A DNA stretch of 64,000 bases from Giardia intestinalis (taxonomy: Eukaryota): assembly GCA_000002435.2 (NCBI GenBank), contig CM018790.1, one strand, 5' to 3'. The notes under the pieces are model-generated. The model saw only the letters and a program-made list of their open reading frames with translations, did no database searches and had not been told where the DNA came from. Shown here in pieces: positions 49,951-59,883 of this stretch. Every line of letters starts with the position of its first letter. The stretch's first letter is position 1. A program made the position numbers and the translations under genes.

Positions 49951-52314
49951 TTACTCCCTGCAATTTTCTAATACCTTCTTTAGTTTTGTAGTGAATGCTT
50001 GCTGCTCTGCTGCTCTAAGCTTATTGAGTTCATCGACTCTGTATGCCGCTTCTTCTGCTCTTCGCTGGGCCTCAACAAGCTGTTCGTTAGCGGATCTATA
50101 CATTGCTTTGACCTTTCCGAGGGCAACACTGAGGCCCTGCTCTCTGCCGGCAGACTCTGCAACAAAGCGCTTGGCCTCGTTCAGCTCGGTCATGAGGACA
50201 CGTAGCCTATCGTCACAGTCTTTTCTAACTCGCTGAATCTCTGATTGGGCCCGGGAGTTAAGATTGGTTGCACCTTCTCCGCCACCATAGCTTCCCAGGG
50301 CGGCTATCATTTCTGTGAATATGTTTAATATTGCATCCGAAATAGGAGGTATCATATACCCGTTGTTTAGCCGCTTAACACGCGATGTCTGCTGAGCGGC
50401 GCCTCCTGATTCAATGTTGAAGAGGATGGATGGGTTGAAGGCGTGTGGAGACATATTGAATCTTTTGGAGAGAAGGACACCGATATCTATAGGTTCTAGC
50501 AAGAAGCTGCTGCTGGTCCCCTGTGCCACGACCTTTTTGGTGTAGTGAACTGCTTCGGTGCTCAGGATAAGCATGTTGTAAATAAACAAGTTTCTATGTT
50601 CTACATCAGTTGAAAGTTGCTCTATAGATTTAAGAAGATTGGTCACTTCTATGGCATGAAGATTTGCCGCTTGTTTTGCTTGATGGCTGTGCTCGCGTAT
50701 TTGCTGCTGCAACGTCAGTGTCATGGTGTTCAACTGCTCGATCTTCGAGGCGTTCTCGTCTAGCTCTTTGTGAGCTAGCTGGAGCTGCTCTTCCAACTCC
50801 TTGACCTGCTTGGCCTTATCCTCAATGACGAGACTCTGCTCTGTCTCTCCCTGAGATAGCCGAATGCATTCCTGGCGGGACTTCTCACCCTCAGAGAGTG
50901 CGTGTTGGAGGCTAACACGAAGGCCTTCAGACTCCTTTGCCAGCAGATCACATTGTGTACATTTTTGGTTATAGTCCGAAAGCAGATCATTGAAGTTGGA
51001 CTTGACACTGTCCATTTCTTTCATTATTTCCTTGACGTTCCCCAGCCTCTTCTCATACTGGGCACAGGTCTCGGTCAGGGCTGTGACATTTTCGGACAGG
51101 GTCTGGTTCTTCTTATTTGCCTGGGAAAGCTTGTCCTTGTATACACCCAGGGTGATGTCATGCTCATCTGTTAGTGTCTTAATCTTTAACTTTAGCCGTG
51201 CAATCTCAATCTCGTTTCTTACGACTTGCTTGTAGTCACACTTGGCCACCTCGGCAGGAGAACATGTGGTGAGTGGCGAGTTCGCTGAGGAGAGCACTCT
51301 TTCAGTAGCAAGAAGGTCTGTCACCCCTCCGCTCCCAGAGATGCTTGCTGATGAGTGAGAGGGAATTCTCTCTGGAAGATTGGGGGCCTCTGATCTGAAA
51401 AGTTGACTTGGCTGGTGGTCTATTGAGGAGATTACTGAACTAGGTTTAGATATTCGTGGACCTAAAAGGCCAGAGGATCCTTGGCCTCTGCAAGTGCTTG
51501 GTGTGCCTGCAGATTCTTGCGTAACATCGGCAACTGCACGGAGGGCCTCAAAATCGGCTGCTAATTGCTTATGCTTTTCTAGAAGAGAATTATAGCTATC
51601 TCTATAGAACTGTGATGCATCAGGAGGCGCGGGAGGCGCTCCCGGGTGGCTGCTATGTGCAAATGTGGTTTCGCTGCCAGAAGACCCCTTGAAAGACTCT
51701 ATTTCTGTTTTTAGCTGCGTGATGTACTGATGCGCATCGTGTAGTTGACGCTCTAACGCTCTATTCTTATCTCGGAGCTTCTGACAAATTAGTTTAAGTG
51801 CATGAGCATAATTGTATATGCGTTCTATTGCGCCTAGTGAGTTGTCCGATTCAGTCTTGCCAAGGTCAACATCAGGACCTGATGCATACAGAGCATCTAT
51901 TATTCTATTCCTGTTTTTGGGCATACCGGCACTCAGTAGCTTTTCCTCTGCCGCCGCGCTGTTGTACTGATAGGCTTCATCAAGTCCTTGCTCCTGATCG
52001 TCAGTCAGGAAGTCCAAATAAACGTGTGCCCCGTCGTTGGTCTCCGCAGCAGAGTCTGTCAGGGTATTAATTATACTTCTGCTGCGGCTTAAATCATCAT
52101 CAAATCTACTACTACAATCAGAATCTAGAGCGGCGCTTACGTTCACGCCTTCGTGAAGCAGCTGCTTAACTGCTTGGTCGCGGTACACGGAGAGATCCTC
52201 CTGCAGTAACCGATCGACCTCGTCGTCAAACTGTCGGACTTGAAATTGCTGATAGGACCCGGAAGGATCGGTCTGAAGATCTATGTTAGCCACTAGTGAG
52301 AGATTTGGGCGCAT
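49951..52314 (-). CDS. Coiled-coil protein (hypothetical)
   Basis: The ORF is open to 52380, but that start is TTG. The first ATG is at 52312-52314 (MRPNLSL...). Long heptad-rich central region (..LEEQLQLAHKELDENASKIEQLN..). Confidence 0.5.
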   Translation of the reverse strand: MRPNLSLVANIDLQTDPSGSYQQFQVRQFDDEVDRLLQEDLSVYRDQAVKQLLHEGVNVSAALDSDCSSRFDDDLSRSRSIINTLTDSAAETNDGAHVYLDFLTDDQEQGLDEAYQYNSAAAEEKLLSAGMPKNRNRIIDALYASGPDVDLGKTESDNSLGAIERIYNYAHALKLICQKLRDKNRALERQLHDAHQYITQLKTEIESFKGSSGSETTFAHSSHPGAPPAPPDASQFYRDSYNSLLEKHKQLAADFEALRAVADVTQESAGTPSTCRGQGSSGLLGPRISKPSSVISSIDHQPSQLFRSEAPNLPERIPSHSSASISGSGGVTDLLATERVLSSANSPLTTCSPAEVAKCDYKQVVRNEIEIARLKLKIKTLTDEHDITLGVYKDKLSQANKKNQTLSENVTALTETCAQYEKRLGNVKEIMKEMDSVKSNFNDLLSDYNQKCTQCDLLAKESEGLRVSLQHALSEGEKSRQECIRLSQGETEQSLVIEDKAKQVKELEEQLQLAHKELDENASKIEQLNTMTLTLQQQIREHSHQAKQAANLHAIEVTNLLKSIEQLSTDVEHRNLFIYNMLILSTEAVHYTKKVVAQGTSSSFLLEPIDIGVLLSKRFNMSPHAFNPSILFNIESGGAAQQTSRVKRLNNGYMIPPISDAILNIFTEMIAALGSYGGGEGATNLNSRAQSEIQRVRKDCDDRLRVLMTELNEAKRFVAESAGREQGLSVALGKVKAMYRSANEQLVEAQRRAEEAAYRVDELNKLRAAEQQAFTTKLKKVLENCRE

Positions 52315-52383
52315 ATAAGCACCTACTCCGCCTGTCTTTTTTCCTTTCACGTCCGAGTCATGAAGCTCCCCTCCCACCAAGAT

Positions 52384-54600
52384 TTACTTCGTATTACTGC
52401 ATGGTACTGATCTCAAAAGAAGCGTGACGATGTGTTGTACCTTGACGAAGTCAACACGAGAGAATTGTCCTCTTCCACAGGCAGCTATCAAAAGAGAGGC
52501 AACACTGGCTGCATATTCTGGACCCTCGTGTTCCGCAATAAGACTAACAGCTTCCTTGTTCAGTGCAAAGGCAGACAACTCCAGAGCAGTCTCGCCAGCC
52601 ACAGAACACCGCCCTCCCTCATAAGGAAGTAACAAACATATGTGTTCAATGCACCCTACTTGCGACGCGTACATCAACGCTGTAATACCAGCGGGCGTGC
52701 ACCTGCCCGCCTCTCCCGCCTCGATCAACGCCTTGCACTCGTTCTGCAGGGTCTTACCAGATTGACAAACGCACATGAGAGATGTATTCTGTTCAGCATT
52801 TACCATGCCTGCTTCAATAGATAGCAAAGTAGTATACAAATTGACTAAAGCGTCTACACCCAAGAGGCACGCCTTTGTTAAAAGACCGCGGCGCGATGCG
52901 ATAATAAGAGCGGTGTCTCCAGTGAAAAGGGCATGAAACGAGGCCATGTGAAGTAAGCGACATGCATTTTTAGCCAGCTGAGCAAGTGCTTCGGGATCCT
53001 CCTCCGATTCCGCCATAACGAGCAGAGATTGTAGCATAGTCAGCCCAGTTTGGATTCGTACAAGTTCATGATTCGCTAGGTAGTTTGCGACAGCGCGATA
53101 CCCTCTCTGCATGGCGAAAGTTCCTGCAGTAGTACCATCCTCCGTCATTGTTCCAGCATATTGATCTACAAGCCCAATGACTGCTTGCTCCAGCCCGTTT
53201 AGTGCAGCATACATTAGAGGTGTATAGGCATGCTTTGAAGGTGGTAGAAAGACAGTGGTAGAGGGTGATCTTATAACAGGGCAGCGACGAGTGCCATAAT
53301 GAATGATCCGATTGATTGTCGACGCGGAAATATCTGTTAGATAAGTTGCACTGCTAGATAACCTAGATATGTCTATCAGTGCCTGTACAGCGCTGGTGCC
53401 GTTCAGCCAAAGGTAGCGGAGCGCATACTGGCCATCATTGTCCATGGCATTGAGTGTATCAAGGTTCAACACACAAACCAGATCAAGCCAGCAAGCAGTA
53501 CTTACACGAAGAAAACCATTGATGGCCAAGCGATGCAAGGCCGTCATATTCTTTTGGTCTCTGCGGAGACCTTCGATGTGCAGCAGGAGCCGTGCTTGAG
53601 CCAAATCGCAAGCTTCTAGGGCACGCATATATCTAGTCACACCTTTGCTATCTACTTCCAAGACACCCATTTGTACATCGAGCACAGGTTGCAATGCCGC
53701 TCGCACGGTGTCGTAAGCAGCAGAAAAGTCTATGCGATGGACTGCAAATGGATTGGAAAGCGCCCGAAGCAGGTTAAAAAACCAATCTATTTGCGAAGTA
53801 TTCACGTAATTGTACAGTAACTGCACGCTTGATGAGTTCAGACCTTTGGTTATTTTCTGAACAACCAGGGAATGGAGATAGTGAACCGTGGCATGAAACT
53901 CAGATACGGTGGGAAATTTTAAGGCGACCTTTCTATTGGCAGCTAAGAGCTCTAAGCACAGCATACCCACCTTATGGAGCAGGACCTGAAGTCCACTTGC
54001 ACTGTCCCGCCGGGGCTTTGGTGTACTACACTGACCAGATATGAATTGGCTGAACTTAGGTTCCAACTTAATATACCCGTTGGGGGTCAGCCAGATATTC
54101 GATGGTGTTAAACAATCTGAAAATATGTGCCAGGGAAAGTCTGGCCAAGAGTTACATGAGCGGAGGTAATCGCAAAGACTGAGTAGCTGGACTAAAACGG
54201 AAAGGATAAGGTAAACTGGAAAAGGTCGAGATGCTTTTTTTCGAGAGTGGGTCAGCAACAGGTCAGTGAGCCGCACTGATCCAGTAGGGATCCAAGATGC
54301 AAGCATGAGGGTGTGGAGATAGCGACACGAAGACACCTTAACTACTGCTGGGAGGACTCGTTGTACCACTCCCTCAGACACGGATTGCTTCTGGAAGCTT
54401 GCTGCGCCGCAAAGGGGGAGAGTGTAATGACTAAGTGTTAGTGTAAGGTGGTAAGTCTTGAGCAAGACGCGAATCCCGGCTAGCTGCTTCTTTGTAGATT
54501 GTCTGATAATATGAGAAATATAACGTGGAGACCCATTAACTGCGGATAGAGCGTAGGCCTCTAGCGGACCTGCAAACGCTACGAAAATGTGACGTGTCAC
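52384..54600 (-). CDS. NEK-like pseudokinase fused to ankyrin repeats (Giardia 21.1/NEK-type architecture)
   Basis: The N-terminal kinase-like fold has degenerate catalytic motifs (HRDLKPxN replaced by FSDCLTPSNIWL; DFG replaced by EPKF). The C-terminal half carries multiple ankyrin repeats (TPLMYAALNGLEQAVIGLV, GDTALIIASRRGLLTKACLLGVDALV, GITALMYASQVGCIEHICLLL). The frame opens with GTG at 54600 and the first in-frame ATG is at 54306, so the true start is uncertain. Confidence 0.55.
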   Translation of the reverse strand: MTRHIFVAFAGPLEAYALSAVNGSPRYISHIIRQSTKKQLAGIRVLLKTYHLTLTLSHYTLPLCGAASFQKQSVSEGVVQRVLPAVVKVSSCRYLHTLMLASWIPTGSVRLTDLLLTHSRKKASRPFPVYLILSVLVQLLSLCDYLRSCNSWPDFPWHIFSDCLTPSNIWLTPNGYIKLEPKFSQFISGQCSTPKPRRDSASGLQVLLHKVGMLCLELLAANRKVALKFPTVSEFHATVHYLHSLVVQKITKGLNSSSVQLLYNYVNTSQIDWFFNLLRALSNPFAVHRIDFSAAYDTVRAALQPVLDVQMGVLEVDSKGVTRYMRALEACDLAQARLLLHIEGLRRDQKNMTALHRLAINGFLRVSTACWLDLVCVLNLDTLNAMDNDGQYALRYLWLNGTSAVQALIDISRLSSSATYLTDISASTINRIIHYGTRRCPVIRSPSTTVFLPPSKHAYTPLMYAALNGLEQAVIGLVDQYAGTMTEDGTTAGTFAMQRGYRAVANYLANHELVRIQTGLTMLQSLLVMAESEEDPEALAQLAKNACRLLHMASFHALFTGDTALIIASRRGLLTKACLLGVDALVNLYTTLLSIEAGMVNAEQNTSLMCVCQSGKTLQNECKALIEAGEAGRCTPAGITALMYASQVGCIEHICLLLPYEGGRCSVAGETALELSAFALNKEAVSLIAEHEGPEYAASVASLLIAACGRGQFSRVDFVKVQHIVTLLLRSVPCSNTK

Positions 54601-54866
54601 AGGCCCAGAATTTTACGGATTGAGATAGGGCCGACAAGCGTGAAAAAAATGTGTTGCAGCATTTGTAAAATAAAAACAGAAGATTTTAAAGGGCAGTTTA
54701 ACATTTCAATGAACTACTATTAGAAAAACCGTGCTATCTACTGGTTGTGTTCACTACTTTATGTGACAGAGGTATTTCGATAAAAGAATTTTCCCTCAGA
54801 GTCTAATTTCTTGGAAAAAAGTTGCTTTTACAGGCGTGAGATCTTTTGAAAACTGTTGAGAGCCAA

Positions 54867-55760
54867 ATGGCGTACAGCGACTGGGCTAAGAGTCAATATA
54901 TGGAGTTGAATGAACTAGGGTGCAACGGAAAGCTTTCCTTACACAGTGCGCGTGTGAGGTCGTCCGGGGACGCGGTTTCCTTCTGGCGCATCGGTATATC
55001 TGGCCTCCCCGATTCTGTACTGGATGCAATCGTCGTGGAAGTCCAGCATGTCAAGGACTATCAGCATCCAGCACTAATAAAGGTAACCAATGTGTATGCT
55101 GATGTAGACGACCTGTATGTGTACATAGAGATGGAACCTGTCAACTGCACCTTGAAGGACTATGCGAAGCAACACATCAGCGCTCAGAGTAAAGTTCCCG
55201 AGCAAGTTGTTTGGGACACGGCAAGCTCTTTATTAGAGGGTCTTTCATACCTTCACTTGCTTGAAAATCCTACCCCGTTTCTATCAACGAGCTCCTCTAG
55301 TCTGATGGATGCTACCAACAACAGTAGAAGCGTTAATATTGTTGGAGTTCACGCCAGTATCACGTCGTCAACCGTCTTAGTAACGCAGGAGGGCCATATA
55401 AAGCTCGGTGTCTTTGGGCTTTCCGCGACCCTCGATGAACTGTATTCGCTCGGATATTATGACGTCCCGCACTGCTTCCGAGCACCTGAGGTGACAAAGT
55501 ACAAGCACAGCTTAAAGAGCGACGTTTGGGCACTTGGAGCAACCCTTGTGGATATGTGCGTGGGAACGCTTTCTTCTCGTGATGACTTCCCGGTCAATCC
55601 TGGCTCATTGGAGCACCCAGATCTTTCAGACTATCTAGCGCAATATACACCAAGGCTTAGAAAGTTCCTAGGTGTGTGTCTGCGCTTCGATGTGACAAAG
55701 AGGCATCTGACTAATGGGTTGATGGACGAGCTGGCTAGTCTGAAACCGAACGGAGTGTAA
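54867..55760 (+). CDS. Protein-kinase-like protein, predicted inactive (NEK-like pseudokinase)
   Basis: Kinase fold is recognisable (Gly-loop-like LGCNGKLSLHSARV, hinge YIEMEPVNCTLKDY, APE-like FRAPE, DVWALGATLVDM). The catalytic loop reads HASITSSTVLV instead of HRDLKxxN, and DFG is VFGLS. The track start at 54846 is TTG. The first ATG is 54867. Confidence 0.55.
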   Translation: MAYSDWAKSQYMELNELGCNGKLSLHSARVRSSGDAVSFWRIGISGLPDSVLDAIVVEVQHVKDYQHPALIKVTNVYADVDDLYVYIEMEPVNCTLKDYAKQHISAQSKVPEQVVWDTASSLLEGLSYLHLLENPTPFLSTSSSSLMDATNNSRSVNIVGVHASITSSTVLVTQEGHIKLGVFGLSATLDELYSLGYYDVPHCFRAPEVTKYKHSLKSDVWALGATLVDMCVGTLSSRDDFPVNPGSLEHPDLSDYLAQYTPRLRKFLGVCLRFDVTKRHLTNGLMDELASLKPNGV

Positions 55761-55802
55761 ATGTGTCATTTTGCTGCGTGGCCTCTGCATGTACGCGTGG
55801 GT

Positions 55803-57188
55803 TCACCCATAAGCTGTTCTAGGTACCCTCTGTTTGAGGGACTCGACAATATCGGTAAGGTAGAAGACTTGAGCTTTCAATTCAAGCACTTCCGATCGCG
55901 TCTTGTGAAGCTCTTGCTCAAGCTGTATGTTTCGGCCTTTGAGAAGAGCCATCTCGCTTTGCAAAGCTTTGACGCCTAAAGGCACAATTTCTTGATTGCA
56001 GTGAGCTCCAGGCTTGCTCTGTGGACCAACAGGCGCAGTGTTACTGGAAGCATTAGCCGATACCGATCTATATGCCTTCTGAGTCTTGGTATTGCTGCCT
56101 CGCGCGGGAGAAAGCGCCGTTAGAGTATAGTTCATGGTTGGGGTTGCTGCTCTCTGGCTGGATGAAGATCTTCGAGTCAGCATTCGCGACAAAGTTCCCT
56201 CTATGAGTGGTATGTTAGATACCTGCAAAGACCCATTGAGCGAAAAGAGAGGGTTCTTGGTAAAAAGGGCTCGGGGTGTACTAGGCTGAGCTCCATTCGG
56301 ATGAAACTCTGCTTGTGGAATAGGGATCGTGCTGGATGATTCTGTTTTGCAAGCATTGATACGATAGAGAATGTCGATAATTTCCTCTGGGAGGTCAATC
56401 GACCCCGTCCGCATAATAATCCTGCACAGCTTCTTGTGGACCACACCAGTGACATCAGTAAAAAGCGCTGGGCGTATATTGGACGGAAACATAATGAACA
56501 CTCCGCTTATAGAGTCGTACACCCTGACCAACTCTCGACCCGATGCTTGGAAAAAACTCAAGATATACCTGTTTTGGAAGATAACTGTCATGTGGTAGGC
56601 ATCACAAACAGCGTCATCTACTATCAGCTCGTTGACGGTGATTTTGTTTCCCTTCTTGAGAAGCTTGAGAATGCCCAGCTCGCTATGAGTACCCTTCCTG
56701 CGAAGGACAAGTAGCAATATGGTTCCCTCAAAGCTATGTGCAAAGAGCGGAACACCATTTATATCTATGTCAGTAGATGAGAAGATATGTGTTTCAAGCT
56801 CAAAGACGTAGACCCTTGAGTGGCCTGGAGCGGACGCTACAGTAGTTTCCGTGAGGATAATGTATATGTGGCTGTGCGTAGCGGCAATAACACCTTGGTG
56901 GCCCACCGGACCTGACCCTATGGCCTTGAAACTTAGGGTAGAGTCTATTAAGAAGAGGCTGCCCTGGGACAATTGATAAAGATAAGCAGTACACGCAGCT
57001 CTGTCTCTTGCTAAGTCAGGGCTTATAGACTCATGTGTCCACGTGAAGACGCAGGTCTCGCGGTCGACGTTTGCAAGTCTCGAAGGAACAATTGCGGGCG
57101 TGTGCTCCCATGTACCTGTGCTTGACATCTTCAGTACACGGGTGCACCCCCTACTAAGAGCGTATAGCTGTCCATTCAGTGAAAACAT
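55803..57188 (-). CDS. Hypothetical protein with C-terminal coiled coil
   Basis: 461-aa ORF, ATG at 57186-57188. The C-terminus EMALLKGRNIQLEQELHKTRSEVLELKAQVFYLTDIVESLKQ is coiled-coil. Confidence 0.45.
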   Translation of the reverse strand: MFSLNGQLYALSRGCTRVLKMSSTGTWEHTPAIVPSRLANVDRETCVFTWTHESISPDLARDRAACTAYLYQLSQGSLFLIDSTLSFKAIGSGPVGHQGVIAATHSHIYIILTETTVASAPGHSRVYVFELETHIFSSTDIDINGVPLFAHSFEGTILLLVLRRKGTHSELGILKLLKKGNKITVNELIVDDAVCDAYHMTVIFQNRYILSFFQASGRELVRVYDSISGVFIMFPSNIRPALFTDVTGVVHKKLCRIIMRTGSIDLPEEIIDILYRINACKTESSSTIPIPQAEFHPNGAQPSTPRALFTKNPLFSLNGSLQVSNIPLIEGTLSRMLTRRSSSSQRAATPTMNYTLTALSPARGSNTKTQKAYRSVSANASSNTAPVGPQSKPGAHCNQEIVPLGVKALQSEMALLKGRNIQLEQELHKTRSEVLELKAQVFYLTDIVESLKQRVPRTAYG

Positions 57189-57235
57189 CCTCCAAAGTCT
57201 GATTGTTTACTTTCTCGCCCAGGAGCTCTAAAATA

Positions 57236-57631
57236 TTAGGCCGGCGACCCTCTTCTAAGATCTCTGGTTCTCAGAGCATCATAGTCATAGCCTTGCAGAA
57301 GACGTGGAGGTCCTTGAAGCATTCCTATGTGCAAGGGTTCTATCATCTTGTGTATACCCACCCAGGAGTGAGCCACATTGCACGCTTCCGTAATATCATA
57401 GCCAAAGAAGGGGCGCAGAATGTCTTTTCCAGCAGGATGCCAGTCTAAATATTGCGTGATGTCGTAGACACGACCACGGTAGGTGACCCAACAGTCATCC
57501 TCTGAACGATGCTCATAAACCTGGTTTGCCGTGTAATTGGTATTGGCTGCTACATGCGCCGGGACTCCCTTAATCCGCCTGTGCTGCATGAGAAACGCCA
57601 CTCCAGATGGGCGACCATGATGTTCACTCAT
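57236..57631 (-). CDS. Cytochrome b5-like heme-binding protein
   Basis: HRSEDDCWVTYRGRVYDITQYLDWHPAGKDIL...GYDITEACNVAHSW matches the cytochrome b5 signature (H..DD.W....G.VYD.T.....HPGG..IL....G.D.T..F...H). ATG at 57629-57631. Confidence 0.8.
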   Translation of the reverse strand: MSEHHGRPSGVAFLMQHRRIKGVPAHVAANTNYTANQVYEHRSEDDCWVTYRGRVYDITQYLDWHPAGKDILRPFFGYDITEACNVAHSWVGIHKMIEPLHIGMLQGPPRLLQGYDYDALRTRDLRRGSPA

Positions 57632-57703
57632 TAAAATTATGGTGAAATTCCTGTGACTTTGGACGTGACCTTGGACGTGACCTTGGACGGAGCCCCGTAC
57701 CTT

Positions 57704-58264
57704 CTACTTGTCAATAAGATGCAAAAGCATCCCCTTCGTTACTTCAGCATGCTTCTCTGGAGTCACAAGCAATTCCAGGGCCTTGACAGCGAAGAGAAGA
57801 GCTGTCGCTGGCCCCTGGGAAGTTAGGAACTTGCCGTCAACCACAACAGGCTCGTCGACGAATTGAGCACCGTTTGCAACTAGCCCGTCCTTCATGGCAG
57901 GATAGCAGGTTGCACGCTTGTCCTTCAAAAGACCCCATGACGCTAGGGAAGCAGAGGGGGCCGCGCATATAGCCATGACCCACTTGCCGTGCCGGCTGTG
58001 ATTCTCCGTTAAAGCCTTGATAACACCATTCGTTTGCATTTCCTTCCAGCCAGGTCCGCCAGGTAGCACAATGGCGTCATAGAGCGTGTTGCCAATCTCA
58101 GAGACCAGGGCGTCCGTGTGTACAGTGACCCCGTGAGCACCCTTTTGGACTTTCTCGGTGCCTGCAAGTGTCACAGACACTCCGCCACGACGGAGAACGT
58201 CCACCACTGTGACACACTCGATGGGCTCGAAGCCTTCGACAACGCAGACAAGTGCAGAGGGCAT
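57704..58264 (-). CDS. DJ-1/PfpI (ThiJ) family protein
   Basis: ...LPGGPGWKEM... and the nucleophile-elbow motif VMAICAAPSA (cf. DJ-1 AICAGP). Length 186 aa. ATG at 58262-58264. Confidence 0.85.
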   Translation of the reverse strand: MPSALVCVVEGFEPIECVTVVDVLRRGGVSVTLAGTEKVQKGAHGVTVHTDALVSEIGNTLYDAIVLPGGPGWKEMQTNGVIKALTENHSRHGKWVMAICAAPSASLASWGLLKDKRATCYPAMKDGLVANGAQFVDEPVVVDGKFLTSQGPATALLFAVKALELLVTPEKHAEVTKGMLLHLIDK

Positions 58265-58336
58265 GGATTTGAAAAGATATTAAAGCATCTTCTTAAAATG
58301 GCGATAGTAAAGAGTATTATCGCAATATCATTTTAA

Positions 58337-58843
58337 ATGCAAGCAATCAACTTGTCTGATCTCCCCCCAGACGCGCGCATTGAGAATGAGCGATCGATAG
58401 AAGAGAGGTGGGCGGAGACGGCTGCGAAGTATGCCGAGATAATAGAAAAGCTTCTAGTTTCTGCAGGCCGCAAATCAATAGATCACCTTCACCGGATGCG
58501 CTTTACTCCCATGGATAATGAGATGTACCGGATCTTCAGAACAGCATTTCCTGAGCTGAATGTTAAGTGCATTGATGTGGCCAGTCTGAAGTCTGCAGAA
58601 GAAAAGGCGAAGTGGTATTTGATATTGGAGAGCTGGAAGGATTCTCTCAAGGATTACAATACGGGAACACTTTTAAGAATTGACTGCGCCGCCCCCCTTT
58701 CCCCAGAGAATTCCTGCATCGTTCCTCGCAGTCAGTTCTATTGCATAGAGATTGCGCGCTGCCGTGAGGGTCTAAATGATGAGTTCGTCCAGTCAGTTAT
58801 CGATGGAAGGCAGACCACTGCGAAGCTCGATTCACATGCATGA
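58337..58843 (+). CDS. Hypothetical protein (168 aa)
   Basis: ATG-initiated ORF in a sensible position between flanking genes. No domain recognised. Confidence 0.35.
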   Translation: MQAINLSDLPPDARIENERSIEERWAETAAKYAEIIEKLLVSAGRKSIDHLHRMRFTPMDNEMYRIFRTAFPELNVKCIDVASLKSAEEKAKWYLILESWKDSLKDYNTGTLLRIDCAAPLSPENSCIVPRSQFYCIEIARCREGLNDEFVQSVIDGRQTTAKLDSHA

Positions 58844-58896
58844 GGGCAATCTGCCAACAGGGATAGCAGAGGAGGATAAGTGTTAAGGAATAAACT

Positions 58897-59757
58897 ATGT
58901 GTACGTGCTTTTCCAATATTAGGTCCATCACCCCTGGCCCAGGAAGCTATGAGGCAACACCGTTCAGCGTCTACAAGCCTCGCACACCGTCGGTTCACAT
59001 CTCTACGCGGCTGAAGAGTGGCAAGCGCGATGGCCCGGGGCCGGGAAGATATGATTTCAACGAGCTTTCTTCTTCGTTTCTGTCGGGTATACAGAGCCAC
59101 AATTCCTCTCAGCAACTAACCAAGGCTCAGCTGACCCGAGCTCATCTGTCAGACTTTGGAGGAACGCAGTCAGGGATGCTAAGCGCGGATAGCTCTTACC
59201 TGAGTGCTACAATGAGTAGATCGACCACCCCGATCCTCATATACTCAGAGGACATGCAGACAACGGCCCAGACCGAACTAAGCAGGAGCAGCACCCACAC
59301 TAAGGCACCAGCACACTCCTTTGGCGCTTGTGGTCGCTCAGCAGGGGGGCCGTTTGACGTTAGATACGCCATGGATTTCTCGAACATAGGACCGAAATAC
59401 ACCCCCAAAACGTCCCTTACTAAGACGGCAAGCCCTGCTATACACATCGGGTCGCGGCTTCCAGACCTTTCCGCGCGGTCTAATACCCCCGGGCCTGGGA
59501 GTTACTCCCTAGACAGAAATCCGGACTTTTCGGTACAATCTAGAGCAGATATCATTAGGAGGCGTGCCCTTCTTGCATCTCGCTCCAAGAGACAGGCTGA
59601 TAACGTTGCTAGTTCAGTGTCTGAGAAGTTTATACCAGAAGCCTCCAAGCCGCGAAGCTACTGTCCTCATCTCTCAACAACTATACTACCAAGCGTCCGA
59701 GGCCCTGCATTTACCCTTTCCAGTCGCACGCCCCTGCGGATTTTCGGCCAGTATTAG
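58897..59757 (+). CDS. Sperm-tail PG-rich repeat (STPGR; ODF3/SHIPPO-like) protein, N-terminal segment
   Basis: Repeated PGPGxY units: TPGPGSYE, GPGPGRYDF, TPGPGSYSLD, each with ...FS.gSR... spacers. ATG at 58897. Terminates at TAG 59755-59757. Confidence 0.65.
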   Translation: MCTCFSNIRSITPGPGSYEATPFSVYKPRTPSVHISTRLKSGKRDGPGPGRYDFNELSSSFLSGIQSHNSSQQLTKAQLTRAHLSDFGGTQSGMLSADSSYLSATMSRSTTPILIYSEDMQTTAQTELSRSSTHTKAPAHSFGACGRSAGGPFDVRYAMDFSNIGPKYTPKTSLTKTASPAIHIGSRLPDLSARSNTPGPGSYSLDRNPDFSVQSRADIIRRRALLASRSKRQADNVASSVSEKFIPEASKPRSYCPHLSTTILPSVRGPAFTLSSRTPLRIFGQY

Positions 59758-59883
59758 CCGCAGAGTTAAAAATCCACGCCCACTTTCTTTGATTGTATTA
59801 AGGGCTCTACCCCAGGCCCTGGATCGTATGATGTCCCGGTACTGGATTTTATACAGCCATCTACCCCATCATTTAGCATAGGC

